Positions 36,854 through 46,199 of a stretch of 56,257 nt of DNA are shown here, in pieces (position 1 is the first letter of the stretch; every line of letters starts with the position of its first letter). A model generated the notes under the pieces. That model was given only the letters and a program-made list of their open reading frames with translations, did not search any database and was not told where the DNA came from. A program made the translations under genes and the position numbers. The stretch is taken from positions 1 to 56,257 of the forward strand of contig CAYGCZ010000004.1 of NCBI GenBank assembly GCA_964348495.1, given 5' to 3'. Origin of the DNA: an uncultured Candidatus Saccharibacteria bacterium (GTDB lineage Bacteria; Patescibacteriota; Minisyncoccia; Phycocordibacterales; UBA2135).

Positions 36854-37955
36854 AAACGATCCAAAAAAAGCATGGGAGTCGTACTGCGTAAACGAGTGTG
36901 CCACACTGGTGCCTTTACTCACAAAACTTGGTTTTGTACTGGACACGGATCAGCCGCACCTTATCGGCGAACGCCACCTCATGCAGGCCCTAACCACCGT
37001 GAGCGGTAAGAAGTTGATCCTCTTAGGACGACGCGTGCAGGACGGTTTGCGCGTGGTAATCAAGGCGGCGTCCAACGCAAAAGGCAAGGCCGAATTGCGC
37101 CATGACCGAGCATGCCGCTTGGCGCTTGAACGCATTCGTTTTTCATACCAGACCTTCTTTTCTCCGCGCGAAATACTCTTTACTCAAACGAGGGGTTTCA
37201 TCATATCCATACAGGAATTCATCCCCAAAGATATCCCTTTCATCGACCGACCACTACAAGAACAATTCATGCTCGCCCTCGCCTCGTTCAAGGCCCAGGA
37301 GAGCGCCCATGCCGCAACACACAAACACCATCGTTTGATACGGAAAAATTTCGGAGATCGCGACGCGGCAGAATATCTGCGATCTTTTGACTCGTTCATA
37401 CGGATCACCTCTCTCATGGTGCCCCACGAGAAAAATCTCGTATCACTTCTTGAACAAGCCCGCCGAACACTTGAGACAAACACCTACACCATCGACCAGT
37501 ACGGAAACTTTTTGACCCATACCGACTTCGTGCCGCACAACTTCCGGATCAAGGATGGAATCGTCTATCTGCTCGACCATGCCTCCATCCGCTTTGGCAA
37601 TAAATACGAAGGTTGGGCGCGCTTCCTGAATTTTATGACGCTCTATAATCGCCCGCTTGAGGAGGCGCTCGTTCGGTATGTGGCAGACAACAGGACCCCC
37701 GAAGAGTTACTGTGTTTACGCCTTATGCGCATCTACCGTCTCGGCGAGATCATCGCCTTCTATGCATCCTCCCTCCCGCAGACTTCAGATAATCAACATG
37801 AACTTCAACGTCGGCGCGTGCTCTTTTGGGGTGAGGTATTGCGCGGCACCCTCAATGAACAACCGCTTGATGAAAAAATACGCACAGAGTACATCGCCGC
37901 GCGCGACCGCCTGCGCAGTGAGGACGAGGTGAAACGACAACAAGGCCTCCATTAA
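36846..37955 (+). CDS. APH/protein-kinase-like phosphotransferase
   Basis: VVIK, LTHTDFVPHN catalytic loop, YLLD; start at MSKNDP overlapping the previous stop. Confidence 0.72.
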   Translation: MSKNDPKKAWESYCVNECATLVPLLTKLGFVLDTDQPHLIGERHLMQALTTVSGKKLILLGRRVQDGLRVVIKAASNAKGKAELRHDRACRLALERIRFSYQTFFSPREILFTQTRGFIISIQEFIPKDIPFIDRPLQEQFMLALASFKAQESAHAATHKHHRLIRKNFGDRDAAEYLRSFDSFIRITSLMVPHEKNLVSLLEQARRTLETNTYTIDQYGNFLTHTDFVPHNFRIKDGIVYLLDHASIRFGNKYEGWARFLNFMTLYNRPLEEALVRYVADNRTPEELLCLRLMRIYRLGEIIAFYASSLPQTSDNQHELQRRRVLFWGEVLRGTLNEQPLDEKIRTEYIAARDRLRSEDEVKRQQGLH

Positions 37956-38023
37956 AAATCCTCGGCAAAAACCCTTTCATATGCATTTAAAAAACAGAAC
38001 ATCCTGTTCTGTTTTTTGTAGCA

Positions 38024-38704
38024 TTATATCTCCTTATCGAAAACATCCAATAAGCCCGCAACGTCATCATACAGACGCTGCGCCCTCTCCGGATACTTAC
38101 GCGCACCGGCTAAGCGCTTTGCGAGTTTCTGCATCGGCACATCTGCACGGTCGGGACGGTGCGATGGCTCAACAACGACAGTATCTTTTGGAGACCAATA
38201 CGCAGTCACCGCTGACGCAGCAACCCCACATAGCACAATATCGGGAAATTCATCCTGAAACTGGCAGGCGGTTAACAAACAACGCGGTACATGCGTGGAT
38301 GTTGAAACTAAGTAAAGTGTGTGTATGCCTTTCTCTTTACACAGCTTTAGCGCTTCATAGACCTCATCTTTAGTGTTGGTAGTCTCCCGCTGAATATACG
38401 AACGACTGCGAATCATCTCCGCCACTTCGCTTTCAGTCAATCCAACATAGCGTCCCAATTCTGAAGCGCGACTAAGCGCGAGGTCATGGGTGTATTCCGA
38501 CTCCTTCTTGCCAGTCTTCAAATCTAGAGATGCGCCAGTCCCCCACATAATCAACTGCGCATCTTCTTTGACTGCTATTTCAATACCACGCGGAATTCTT
38601 CCCACAGAGCCCAATCCTTCAGTGCCCCACACCAAAGTTTCCCAATCTGGTGCTTGGAGATGGTGGCCGTGTATAAGTACTGCCGCCGGTTCTTTGGATA
38701 ACAT
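38024..38704 (-). CDS. DUF218/YdcF-like protein
   Basis: TTNTKDE and LYLVSTSTHVPR motifs. Confidence 0.65.
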   Translation of the reverse strand: MLSKEPAAVLIHGHHLQAPDWETLVWGTEGLGSVGRIPRGIEIAVKEDAQLIMWGTGASLDLKTGKKESEYTHDLALSRASELGRYVGLTESEVAEMIRSRSYIQRETTNTKDEVYEALKLCKEKGIHTLYLVSTSTHVPRCLLTACQFQDEFPDIVLCGVAASAVTAYWSPKDTVVVEPSHRPDRADVPMQKLAKRLAGARKYPERAQRLYDDVAGLLDVFDKEI

Positions 38705-38731
38705 AAAAACTCGTAAAGAAGATTTTAATAA

Positions 38732-40855
38732 TTAAATAATTTTATCGAATACATCAGACTGCATAGTGTGCGCAATCTTGTCCCAATCGTACTCTTTCTC
38801 AACCATGGCACGAGCACGTTCTGAGATTGCCTTTGCTTTTTCTGGATTGTCCATTACTTCACGTATTTTTTTTGCCAATACTTCTGATTCCTCGGCGGGC
38901 GTAAAAATCCACGCCGTCTCACCGTCAACCGCATAGTCTGCAATACCACCGACACCGGAAGTCACAAGTGGGAGACGTGAAGCCAATGCAGAGATAAATG
39001 CGTTACCCAACCCTTCGGAACGCGATGGCGCGACAAAAATATCACATGCTTTACGGTAGAGCGTAACCACAGAACGGTCTACGCGACCTGTAAATATGAC
39101 CCGGTGGCGCAGTTTGAGCTCATGCACAAGACTACGAAGTTTCGGCTCATCTTCACCATCTCCCACAATTACCAGTTTCACATGCTCGGGAAGGTAGGTA
39201 AGCGCACGAATCGCCGTATCAAAATTCTTTTGATACTCAAGACGAGATGTGTTCACCAAAAAGATTTCTCCTTCTTTCTTTCCAAGTTCCTGTTTGATTG
39301 CATCCACATCTGCTTGCGTATAGTCTTCGTTCAAGTCGCGTGGGTTAGCACCATTCTTCACTAATACAATATCCCCCGCATATCCCATCATGCGCGCCCA
39401 TTCACCCAAGTAATGAGAGATCACCTGCACGACAGAAGCCCTCTTAAAAACTTGTTTGAAGAGGGGCCATGCCGGCTTCATCGCGCGTATGCTATGTTCA
39501 GCGCTCGTACCCTCTTGCAGAGTGAGTATAAAAGGCATGTTAGGGCGTACCAACTTAACCAACACTGCTGGAATTCCTGCCGAAAGAGCCATCATGGACC
39601 ATACGGCGTCATACTTGTATTTTCTTTGCAACAGCAAAGCTTGAACGGCCGCGACGATTTGAAAATAATACTTATTCATGCGCAGAATAAACGTGCCGCC
39701 ATACCCTGCAAATGAAGGGTCGGGGCGTCCAAAACCAATGCGGTGTACCAATATATTTCCGTAGCGCTCAACGCGCGGAATGTTTGAATTCCACCAGCCG
39801 GTGATCATGTGGAATTCTATATCATGTGGATCAATACGGTCAGTGATCTCTTTTATGGCCGGCTCGGCACCTCCGTGAAAATTAGGATAATAGACAAGTG
39901 AAAAGATGAGGATGCGCTTTTTAGGTCGCAATGCATCAAAATCAACGGATATGCTTTGTTTGCGCAGATGGGCACCCTTTTCCTTTGTTTGTTCTATATA
40001 GTCAGGAAGCATATGACGCTGTTGCCAACCAAGGGCTTTTATCTTTCTACTATCAACCGCCTCGGATGATCGGGTTGATTTGGTTGCGAGAGAATATTCA
40101 AGGTGACCACCAAACATGCGCGCAGCATCAAGTAAACTAAACGTCTCTCGAGCGCAAATACCATATTCATCACCTTCACCTTTTTCGCCGGCAAGCACAA
40201 TACCTTCTACTGTATCGAGCACATGCGTGAATGCTCGCTTCTGATTGCCATCACCTGAAATACGATGTGTTTCTCCGTTCAACCAATTTTGATGAAGAAT
40301 CTCAATAAGCGTTCCATATCGATCCCCGCGCTCACGCGGACCATACACGTTGTAAAAATAGACAATAGCATAGGGCAACTCAAACCAGCGTGCATACTGC
40401 ACCACAAGGTCACTCATTGATGCTTTCGCCCACGTATATGGAGCAAGGTTTTTTCCCTCAACGTCATCCTCTTTGCGGTGTACAAATTTTGTTGAGGATC
40501 CCGCATACACCAACTTACAGCGCTTATCCCGCCAGTATTCAAGAACCCCCAGTGTGCCGCGTATATTAAGATCAAAGGTTACATTGGGTTCAGCTAATGA
40601 ATGCCGGACTCGCGAATATTCACCCAAATGGTAAATAATATCTATGTCCTCCGGGATGTGTTTTGCAATATCCTTGGTGTGCCCCTCGCGGTACTCTACC
40701 CCCGAGACGTGGTTGTCGCGTGAGCCGGTGAAATAATTGTCGAGCACGATGACCGTATGACCATCCTTGATCAACCGCTCGCAGAGATGCGAGCCGACAA
40801 AGCCCGCACCGCCGGTAACCACGATCTTTTTTGTTGTTTTACTATTTGTCTGCAT
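38732..40855 (-). CDS. fusion of NAD-dependent epimerase/dehydratase and GT4 glycosyltransferase
   Basis: N-half VTGGAGFVGSHL, YTWAK, YNVYGP; C-half GGAEPAIKEI, PSRSEGLGNAF, YDW; start at MQTNSK. Confidence 0.88.
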   Translation of the reverse strand: MQTNSKTTKKIVVTGGAGFVGSHLCERLIKDGHTVIVLDNYFTGSRDNHVSGVEYREGHTKDIAKHIPEDIDIIYHLGEYSRVRHSLAEPNVTFDLNIRGTLGVLEYWRDKRCKLVYAGSSTKFVHRKEDDVEGKNLAPYTWAKASMSDLVVQYARWFELPYAIVYFYNVYGPRERGDRYGTLIEILHQNWLNGETHRISGDGNQKRAFTHVLDTVEGIVLAGEKGEGDEYGICARETFSLLDAARMFGGHLEYSLATKSTRSSEAVDSRKIKALGWQQRHMLPDYIEQTKEKGAHLRKQSISVDFDALRPKKRILIFSLVYYPNFHGGAEPAIKEITDRIDPHDIEFHMITGWWNSNIPRVERYGNILVHRIGFGRPDPSFAGYGGTFILRMNKYYFQIVAAVQALLLQRKYKYDAVWSMMALSAGIPAVLVKLVRPNMPFILTLQEGTSAEHSIRAMKPAWPLFKQVFKRASVVQVISHYLGEWARMMGYAGDIVLVKNGANPRDLNEDYTQADVDAIKQELGKKEGEIFLVNTSRLEYQKNFDTAIRALTYLPEHVKLVIVGDGEDEPKLRSLVHELKLRHRVIFTGRVDRSVVTLYRKACDIFVAPSRSEGLGNAFISALASRLPLVTSGVGGIADYAVDGETAWIFTPAEESEVLAKKIREVMDNPEKAKAISERARAMVEKEYDWDKIAHTMQSDVFDKII

Positions 40856-42275
40856 CGTCTTCAATAATGGTAAACGCCTCCGCGGCGGAACGCTCGGTAC
40901 GCAGTACGAGGACACCCGCCACGGCGACAAAGATAAGCACGAGGGTACCTGCGGCCCAAGGCAGGATGCCGGATAGAAAATTCTTGGTCGCGGCGTCGGG
41001 GGCGGCGCCTGCCATGGCAGGCGCCGCCCCCGACGTGCTCACCTCCGCCGTTTCCGGCAGTATAGCACGGTTTTGCGGCGACGTCTGCTCATGTGGAGCG
41101 AGTGATGGAGCCGCCATGCGAGGCGCCGATTGTGGCACAGCATGCGCAAGAGGAGCGAGAGAAACCGGTCTGTAAGCACCCGCCCCCTCGCCATTGGGGT
41201 AGAGCAACTCCGCTCCATCATTGAGTACCTCACCCGTAAAACCGGTTACGAGAGGTCCGAGTTTAAGCGTGCTTCCCGGCAAGATCACCGTCCCGTGCGG
41301 AATGATCGCATATCCCATAGCCGTGCGGATCATCCAGCCGGAAAGATCAACTTCATAGCGACCCGGGTTTGATAGCTGTACGAACGGGTCGTCATTGCCA
41401 CCAAGAGCGGTGATCGCCACATGCGCCGCGACCGCCTCCACCGTTACTCTGTCAGATGCCGCGTACTTGTCGGAGGCGACATCGACGATGACCGCGTACC
41501 TGCCCGGGTAGACGTAGGTGTGTTGTACCTGCTCCCCCTCGGCGCGGGTGCCATCGCCAAAACTCCAAAGATACCGCACCCGCGCAAGCGGCTCGCCCTT
41601 CACGCCCGTGGCAAGGGCGTGAAACGCGGCAACGGTACCCACCGCAGGTGCGGGCGTGTGCCGGGTTATCGAGACACGGATCATCGGCTCAACCGCACCC
41701 GCACCGGCCGATGAGGAGGGTGGCGCAGCTGCGCCGCTCGCACTGCTCGTAGCCGACGACGTGCCACCTCCCCCGCCACTTCCGAGAGGTGCCCCTCCCG
41801 GAGTGGGCGATGCCGCGGCCCATCCGCTCGCCGTTTTGTACAGCGACATACCATCGCCCGCACCGCCCCCTGCAGGGTCATAGGCGACCGTATCGCGATC
41901 AGCGAGACCGCCATCGCGCAGGATGAGCGTCTCACCCGTCTGCGAGAGTGAGAAGGCGCTGTCAAAGAGTATACCCGAGAACGAGGGGTGGTCTTCCAAA
42001 AATTTCTGCGCGTTGTCGGCGATCACCGCATACGAAGATGCCGGCACAGTCGCGCCTCCCGAAAATTCTGTAAGCGTGTGGTTCGTGCCATTTTCAAAAA
42101 GACGCCACGAAGAAAGATCAATCCCCGCGGATGAACCGTTAAAAATCTCAAGCCATTCGCGGCCCGAGTCCGACCCCTCAAGATCATACATGATCTCGGT
42201 TATGCTCACCTGCGCAGAGACAATAGAACAAGCAGACACCCATGCCAGAAGGCACGACACTATCAGCCGTTTCAT
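40842..42275 (-). CDS. surface protein with lamin-tail and PKD domains and a C-terminal TM anchor
   Basis: Signal peptide; ITEIMYD..GSD.GREWLEI; WSFGDG...HTY..PG.Y; second VDLSGW; C-terminal hydrophobic helix. Confidence 0.85.
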   Translation of the reverse strand: MKRLIVSCLLAWVSACSIVSAQVSITEIMYDLEGSDSGREWLEIFNGSSAGIDLSSWRLFENGTNHTLTEFSGGATVPASSYAVIADNAQKFLEDHPSFSGILFDSAFSLSQTGETLILRDGGLADRDTVAYDPAGGGAGDGMSLYKTASGWAAASPTPGGAPLGSGGGGGTSSATSSASGAAAPPSSSAGAGAVEPMIRVSITRHTPAPAVGTVAAFHALATGVKGEPLARVRYLWSFGDGTRAEGEQVQHTYVYPGRYAVIVDVASDKYAASDRVTVEAVAAHVAITALGGNDDPFVQLSNPGRYEVDLSGWMIRTAMGYAIIPHGTVILPGSTLKLGPLVTGFTGEVLNDGAELLYPNGEGAGAYRPVSLAPLAHAVPQSAPRMAAPSLAPHEQTSPQNRAILPETAEVSTSGAAPAMAGAAPDAATKNFLSGILPWAAGTLVLIFVAVAGVLVLRTERSAAEAFTIIEDDADK

Positions 42276-42318
42276 TGGGGGTACTATAGCATGACGTTAC
42301 GATAAGACACAATCACTT

Positions 42319-42341
42319 ACTTAGGACTCGGAGTCCTAAGT
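42319..42341. repeat. REP-like palindrome
   Basis: acttaggactc-g-gagtcctaagt. Confidence 0.6.
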
Positions 42342-42343
42342 GA

Positions 42344-44551
42344 TTAGGAGGCGTCATCCACGCGCAATGTCTTGCGCAGGACGGGTTCGGGAATCTCGGG
42401 AATGCCTTTTTCGGCGGGCGGGGGCACGGCGGCACCATCCCTGCCGGTGGCCGGTGTCTTTGTCGCCGGAGGAGTGTGGGGTTGTAAGGGTGATGTGTGC
42501 GGTACCGTAGACGGAGGTATCGGCGCGGACGCGGGCGATGCCTGCCCCGCATCTTTGAGCGCTGCGGCAAGAGCGCCGCGCAGAGCGCTCATATTGCTTG
42601 AGTTGGGCGACGCCTCTTTGGTTGGGCGCTTGGCAAGGTGATTGAGTGAAACGGTGCGATCATGCCGTGGTGAAACGTGCTGAGCGTGCTGAGCGTGCGG
42701 CGCCGGGGGGTGCGATGGAGTGCTCTGCGGTACAGAGGTTGCCCCACCCGCCTCCGACACTTCAGACTGTTCTGATTGGGCAGCATGCAACGCCGCACGG
42801 AATGGCTGGTGCAGTTTCGTCTCCGCGTCCGCACCACTATCGCGCCGCACCTCATGAGGCGGTGGAGCGGGGCGCACGGGAAGCGGAGCGCGGGGCGCGG
42901 CAGGGGCGCGTGGTGGAGTGATGGGTCGCGATGATAGTGCGGGAGCGCCTTGTCTCGGCAACGGCGAGGAAGGACTGCGCTGTACCGACGCCGCGTGATC
43001 CGGCCGCGGGGTCGCGGGTAGAGGGGTCGCGGCGGGGACGGGAGTGTGTCCGCCACTTTTGTTTGCGTGATCGCCCAAAGACGACCGTGTGGCGGGCGAG
43101 GTGTTGGACACTGGCCGCTTCCACGGAGCGACGGGGGCCGGCCTCGCCGTTGCCGAGTCAGGGCGAGCCTGCTGGTGGGGAGACGAGGCGGGGGTAAAGA
43201 CGGCGCCTCTATCGCTCGTCTTCTTCTTGTCTCCACCGCTTGCGGCACCGAGGGCGGCGAGGTCTTCTTTTTGCTTTTTAATCATCGCCTCAATCTCCGC
43301 GCGCGGGCGCGCGTAAGCGGCGCGCGATGCGGCGATCACTTCACTGACATACGAACGCTCAGGCAGAGCGACGGGGGGTAAGGTCGTCGCCGAGAAAGGC
43401 GCCGAGGTCAAGCCGTCTATCATCAGCTTCAGATAGATTTGATAAATGCCAAGATTGACCAAATCTTCGCCGGTAAAGGTTGGCGCGAGTTCTTTTTCGA
43501 TAAGTTCGGCATCAATGGCTCCTACGCGAAAGAAGATCATCGTACCAACGTTGCCAAAGACGGCGAAGCGCACCTCTTCGGGCATCTGCTCTATGTACTG
43601 ATGGGCGATGGTGAGGTTGAGTTTGTACTTGCGCGCCTCCGAGAGAATGTTGGCGAAGGTGTCGTTGGCGAACGATTGAAACTCGTCGACATAGAGATAA
43701 AAGTTGGGCAGTTTGGCGATCTCATGAGGAGGGAGATCGGCGCGCGACATCGCCGCAAGGTAAATCTTGATAACCAGCATACTGCCGATCAGGTCGGCAT
43801 TCTGCTCGCCCATGCGCCCCTTGGAGAGGTTCATGATGACGATTTTTCGTTCATCCATGGCCTTGCGAAAATCGAACGATGCCGTAGACTGACCGACAAT
43901 ATTACGAACGATCGGATTGGAGATGAATTGCCCGATCTTGTTTTGAATGGCGGGCGTCGCCTCCTGCGCGTACTTGTCGGAGAAGTTGGCAAACTCGTCA
44001 ACCCAGAACGACTTCACCACAGGATCGGTAACGTGCTCCAAGACCTTCTTGCGGAAGATCTTGTTGGTGAGCATGACATTGACGTCGAGCAAGGTTGAAC
44101 CGGGGAATTCGATGAGTGCGAGGAGTGTGTTGGTGAGGATATACTCCATGCGCGACGACCACTGATCTTTCCATATCTTCTTGAAGGCACCCATCAGGCC
44201 GCTGACCACCAAGTGCCGCTTGTCGGGCCCAACGTCCTCCATGATGTTGAACGAGACGGGGTGATCGAGGTCGAATGGCGCGAAATAGATCACATCATCG
44301 ATGCGCTCTTTGGGGATGTAACGCAAAAGTGTCTCGACCGCGGAGCCGTGCGGGTCGATGAATGCCATGCCGTTGCCGTTCAAGATATCTTGCGCCGCCA
44401 TGTTTTCAAGCAGGGTGGACTTGCCCATACCCGTCTTGCCGACAACATACACATGTTTGGTGCGATCTTTTGCCTTAATACCAAAACGCCGCTCTTGACC
44501 GCGGTAGTCCACTCGGGCGAAATAGGCGACTTGTTCTTCTCGTTCGGCCAT
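42344..44551 (-). CDS. VirD4/TraD/TrwB-like ATPase with a long Pro/Ala/Ser-rich C-terminal tail
   Basis: HVYVVGKTGMGKST (Walker A), IDPHG, LYVDEFQ (Walker B), SEARKY, AHQY. Confidence 0.9.
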   Translation of the reverse strand: MAEREEQVAYFARVDYRGQERRFGIKAKDRTKHVYVVGKTGMGKSTLLENMAAQDILNGNGMAFIDPHGSAVETLLRYIPKERIDDVIYFAPFDLDHPVSFNIMEDVGPDKRHLVVSGLMGAFKKIWKDQWSSRMEYILTNTLLALIEFPGSTLLDVNVMLTNKIFRKKVLEHVTDPVVKSFWVDEFANFSDKYAQEATPAIQNKIGQFISNPIVRNIVGQSTASFDFRKAMDERKIVIMNLSKGRMGEQNADLIGSMLVIKIYLAAMSRADLPPHEIAKLPNFYLYVDEFQSFANDTFANILSEARKYKLNLTIAHQYIEQMPEEVRFAVFGNVGTMIFFRVGAIDAELIEKELAPTFTGEDLVNLGIYQIYLKLMIDGLTSAPFSATTLPPVALPERSYVSEVIAASRAAYARPRAEIEAMIKKQKEDLAALGAASGGDKKKTSDRGAVFTPASSPHQQARPDSATARPAPVAPWKRPVSNTSPATRSSLGDHANKSGGHTPVPAATPLPATPRPDHAASVQRSPSSPLPRQGAPALSSRPITPPRAPAAPRAPLPVRPAPPPHEVRRDSGADAETKLHQPFRAALHAAQSEQSEVSEAGGATSVPQSTPSHPPAPHAQHAQHVSPRHDRTVSLNHLAKRPTKEASPNSSNMSALRGALAAALKDAGQASPASAPIPPSTVPHTSPLQPHTPPATKTPATGRDGAAVPPPAEKGIPEIPEPVLRKTLRVDDAS

Positions 44552-44588
44552 ACTGCTTTCAGTATAGCGTATTTATCGGCATGGTGTC

Positions 44589-44658
44589 TGTGGACACGAA
44601 AAAAGGCGGGGCGGGTTTCGCAACGCGAAACCCGCCCCGCCTTTTTTTCGTGTCCACA
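44589..44658. terminator. very long hairpin / bidirectional terminator
   Basis: tgtggacacgaaaaaaggcggggcgggtttcgc-aac-gcgaaacccgccccgcctttttttcgtgtccaca. Confidence 0.7.
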
Positions 44659-44670
44659 AAAGCCCATGAG

Positions 44671-45858
44671 CTACTCCCCCACCAACGCCTCGGGCGTGTA
44701 ATGGTTTGCCGGATCCCAGAGCATCCATGAAGTCAGCCCCGCGTCATAGGTCGCCTGTATCTGCGCGCGCACCTCCGTCGCGCCGTACTGCCCGCCATAA
44801 TCAAAATCTTGCAGCCACGGACGCAGTTTCAGAGGCGTCGTGCTCGCCGCATTCATACGGGCGACCCCCTTATCCATAGAAAACTTAACCACCTCATAGA
44901 CGCGGGTGTTCGGATTGCTCCACCCGTTGAAACCCGGCGGGTAATGCGAGGGATAGACCATCGGAGCGATATAATCAAAATACGGGGCGACGTACTCAAG
45001 AACCTGACCGATGTTCAGATCGTCGGTATTGGTCATCGTCATACCGAAAAGATCAGCTGAGATGACTGCTCCCGTATCAGCAAGTGAGTTATCAAGATAG
45101 CTGAAAAACCCCTTCAGCACCTCCGCTTTGCCGAACTCGGGGTTTGCCATGACCGCCGCTTCGCTCAAAGGAAAATAGATGTCTTTCATATCGCCGTCGG
45201 AAGGAAAGCGTATGTAGTCAAAATTAAGCTCGTCAAAGCCCTCGTTGTATGAAGCGCGGGCGAGCTCCGCGATATACTCCCAATACTCAATCGCACCCGG
45301 ATCAATAAAGTGCAGACCCTTGCGATCCGACCACACCGAGCGGTCGCTTGCCTTCTGCACCGCAAGATCGGGGCGCAACATCGCATGATACGGGTCCTGG
45401 AAGACGGTGATGCGCCCGATCACATAGACTCCCTTTTCATGCAATTCGGCAATCACCCCCCGCATCCCCCGCACCGGACAGCGCTCCGAGAGCTCGTTTT
45501 CAAAAAGCGGGTGTTCCAAAGGGAGCGAAACCTTCCCTTCAAAGTCTTTGATGTCGATGACAACTGCGTTTATCTCTGTTGTATCCGCAACGTGTATCAG
45601 ACGATCGCGCAATCGTTGCGAGCTCGCCACGCACGAGGTCATATAGATAGCACGCACCGCATCAGGTATTGCGACGTGTGTCGCCACAAATACCGGCACC
45701 GCCGGTTCCGTACTGCTTGCCAAAAGAGCCGCCGCGGCAGGGCCATCATCATAGTGCACCGTAAAGATCCCCGACATCACCACATTCGCTACCACAAAGA
45801 AGCCGACAATCAAGAGACTCGCGACCCCGGCCATGACGATACGGGTGCGATCGGTCAT
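44671..45858 (-). CDS. putative glycoside hydrolase (DUF4015-like), N-terminal anchor
   Basis: NAVVIDIKD, IGRITVFQD, GFDELNFDYIRFP, PMVYPSHY, RPWLQDF. Confidence 0.85.
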   Translation of the reverse strand: MTDRTRIVMAGVASLLIVGFFVVANVVMSGIFTVHYDDGPAAAALLASSTEPAVPVFVATHVAIPDAVRAIYMTSCVASSQRLRDRLIHVADTTEINAVVIDIKDFEGKVSLPLEHPLFENELSERCPVRGMRGVIAELHEKGVYVIGRITVFQDPYHAMLRPDLAVQKASDRSVWSDRKGLHFIDPGAIEYWEYIAELARASYNEGFDELNFDYIRFPSDGDMKDIYFPLSEAAVMANPEFGKAEVLKGFFSYLDNSLADTGAVISADLFGMTMTNTDDLNIGQVLEYVAPYFDYIAPMVYPSHYPPGFNGWSNPNTRVYEVVKFSMDKGVARMNAASTTPLKLRPWLQDFDYGGQYGATEVRAQIQATYDAGLTSWMLWDPANHYTPEALVGE

Positions 45859-46109
45859 AGTATTCGAGGCGGTACGACACCATCCATACGATCACGACGT
45901 TCCATACCGGAGAAACGATGTGCATCAAAGAATCTGCTATGCGGGCGATGCAAACGCTCTTTCGCAATCATCAAAAGTGAGAGCACCGCAATCGTGAGGC
46001 CGAAGATGACGATAAAGCCCGTCTTCCACGCACCGGGAAATCCCAAAAACGGCATGATGGCCGAGAGAAGGCCGAGCCCCGCAATAGTAACCTGTTTTGA
46101 TATGCTCAT
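45855..46109 (-). CDS. small membrane protein
   Basis: Two TMs (MPFLGFPGAWK); stop overlaps the next start. Confidence 0.7.
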   Translation of the reverse strand: MSISKQVTIAGLGLLSAIMPFLGFPGAWKTGFIVIFGLTIAVLSLLMIAKERLHRPHSRFFDAHRFSGMERRDRMDGVVPPRIL

Positions 46110-46199
46110 GGCTACAGTATATAGAATATAGATACAATCACAAATACAAAAGCCCATCCTTCATGGACGAGCTTTTCCCGATTGGCCGTCGGCAGATGC

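Noticed and set aside
42344..44551. Conjugative element or ICE
   Set aside because: No relaxase, VirB genes or integrase nearby; the flanks look chromosomal.
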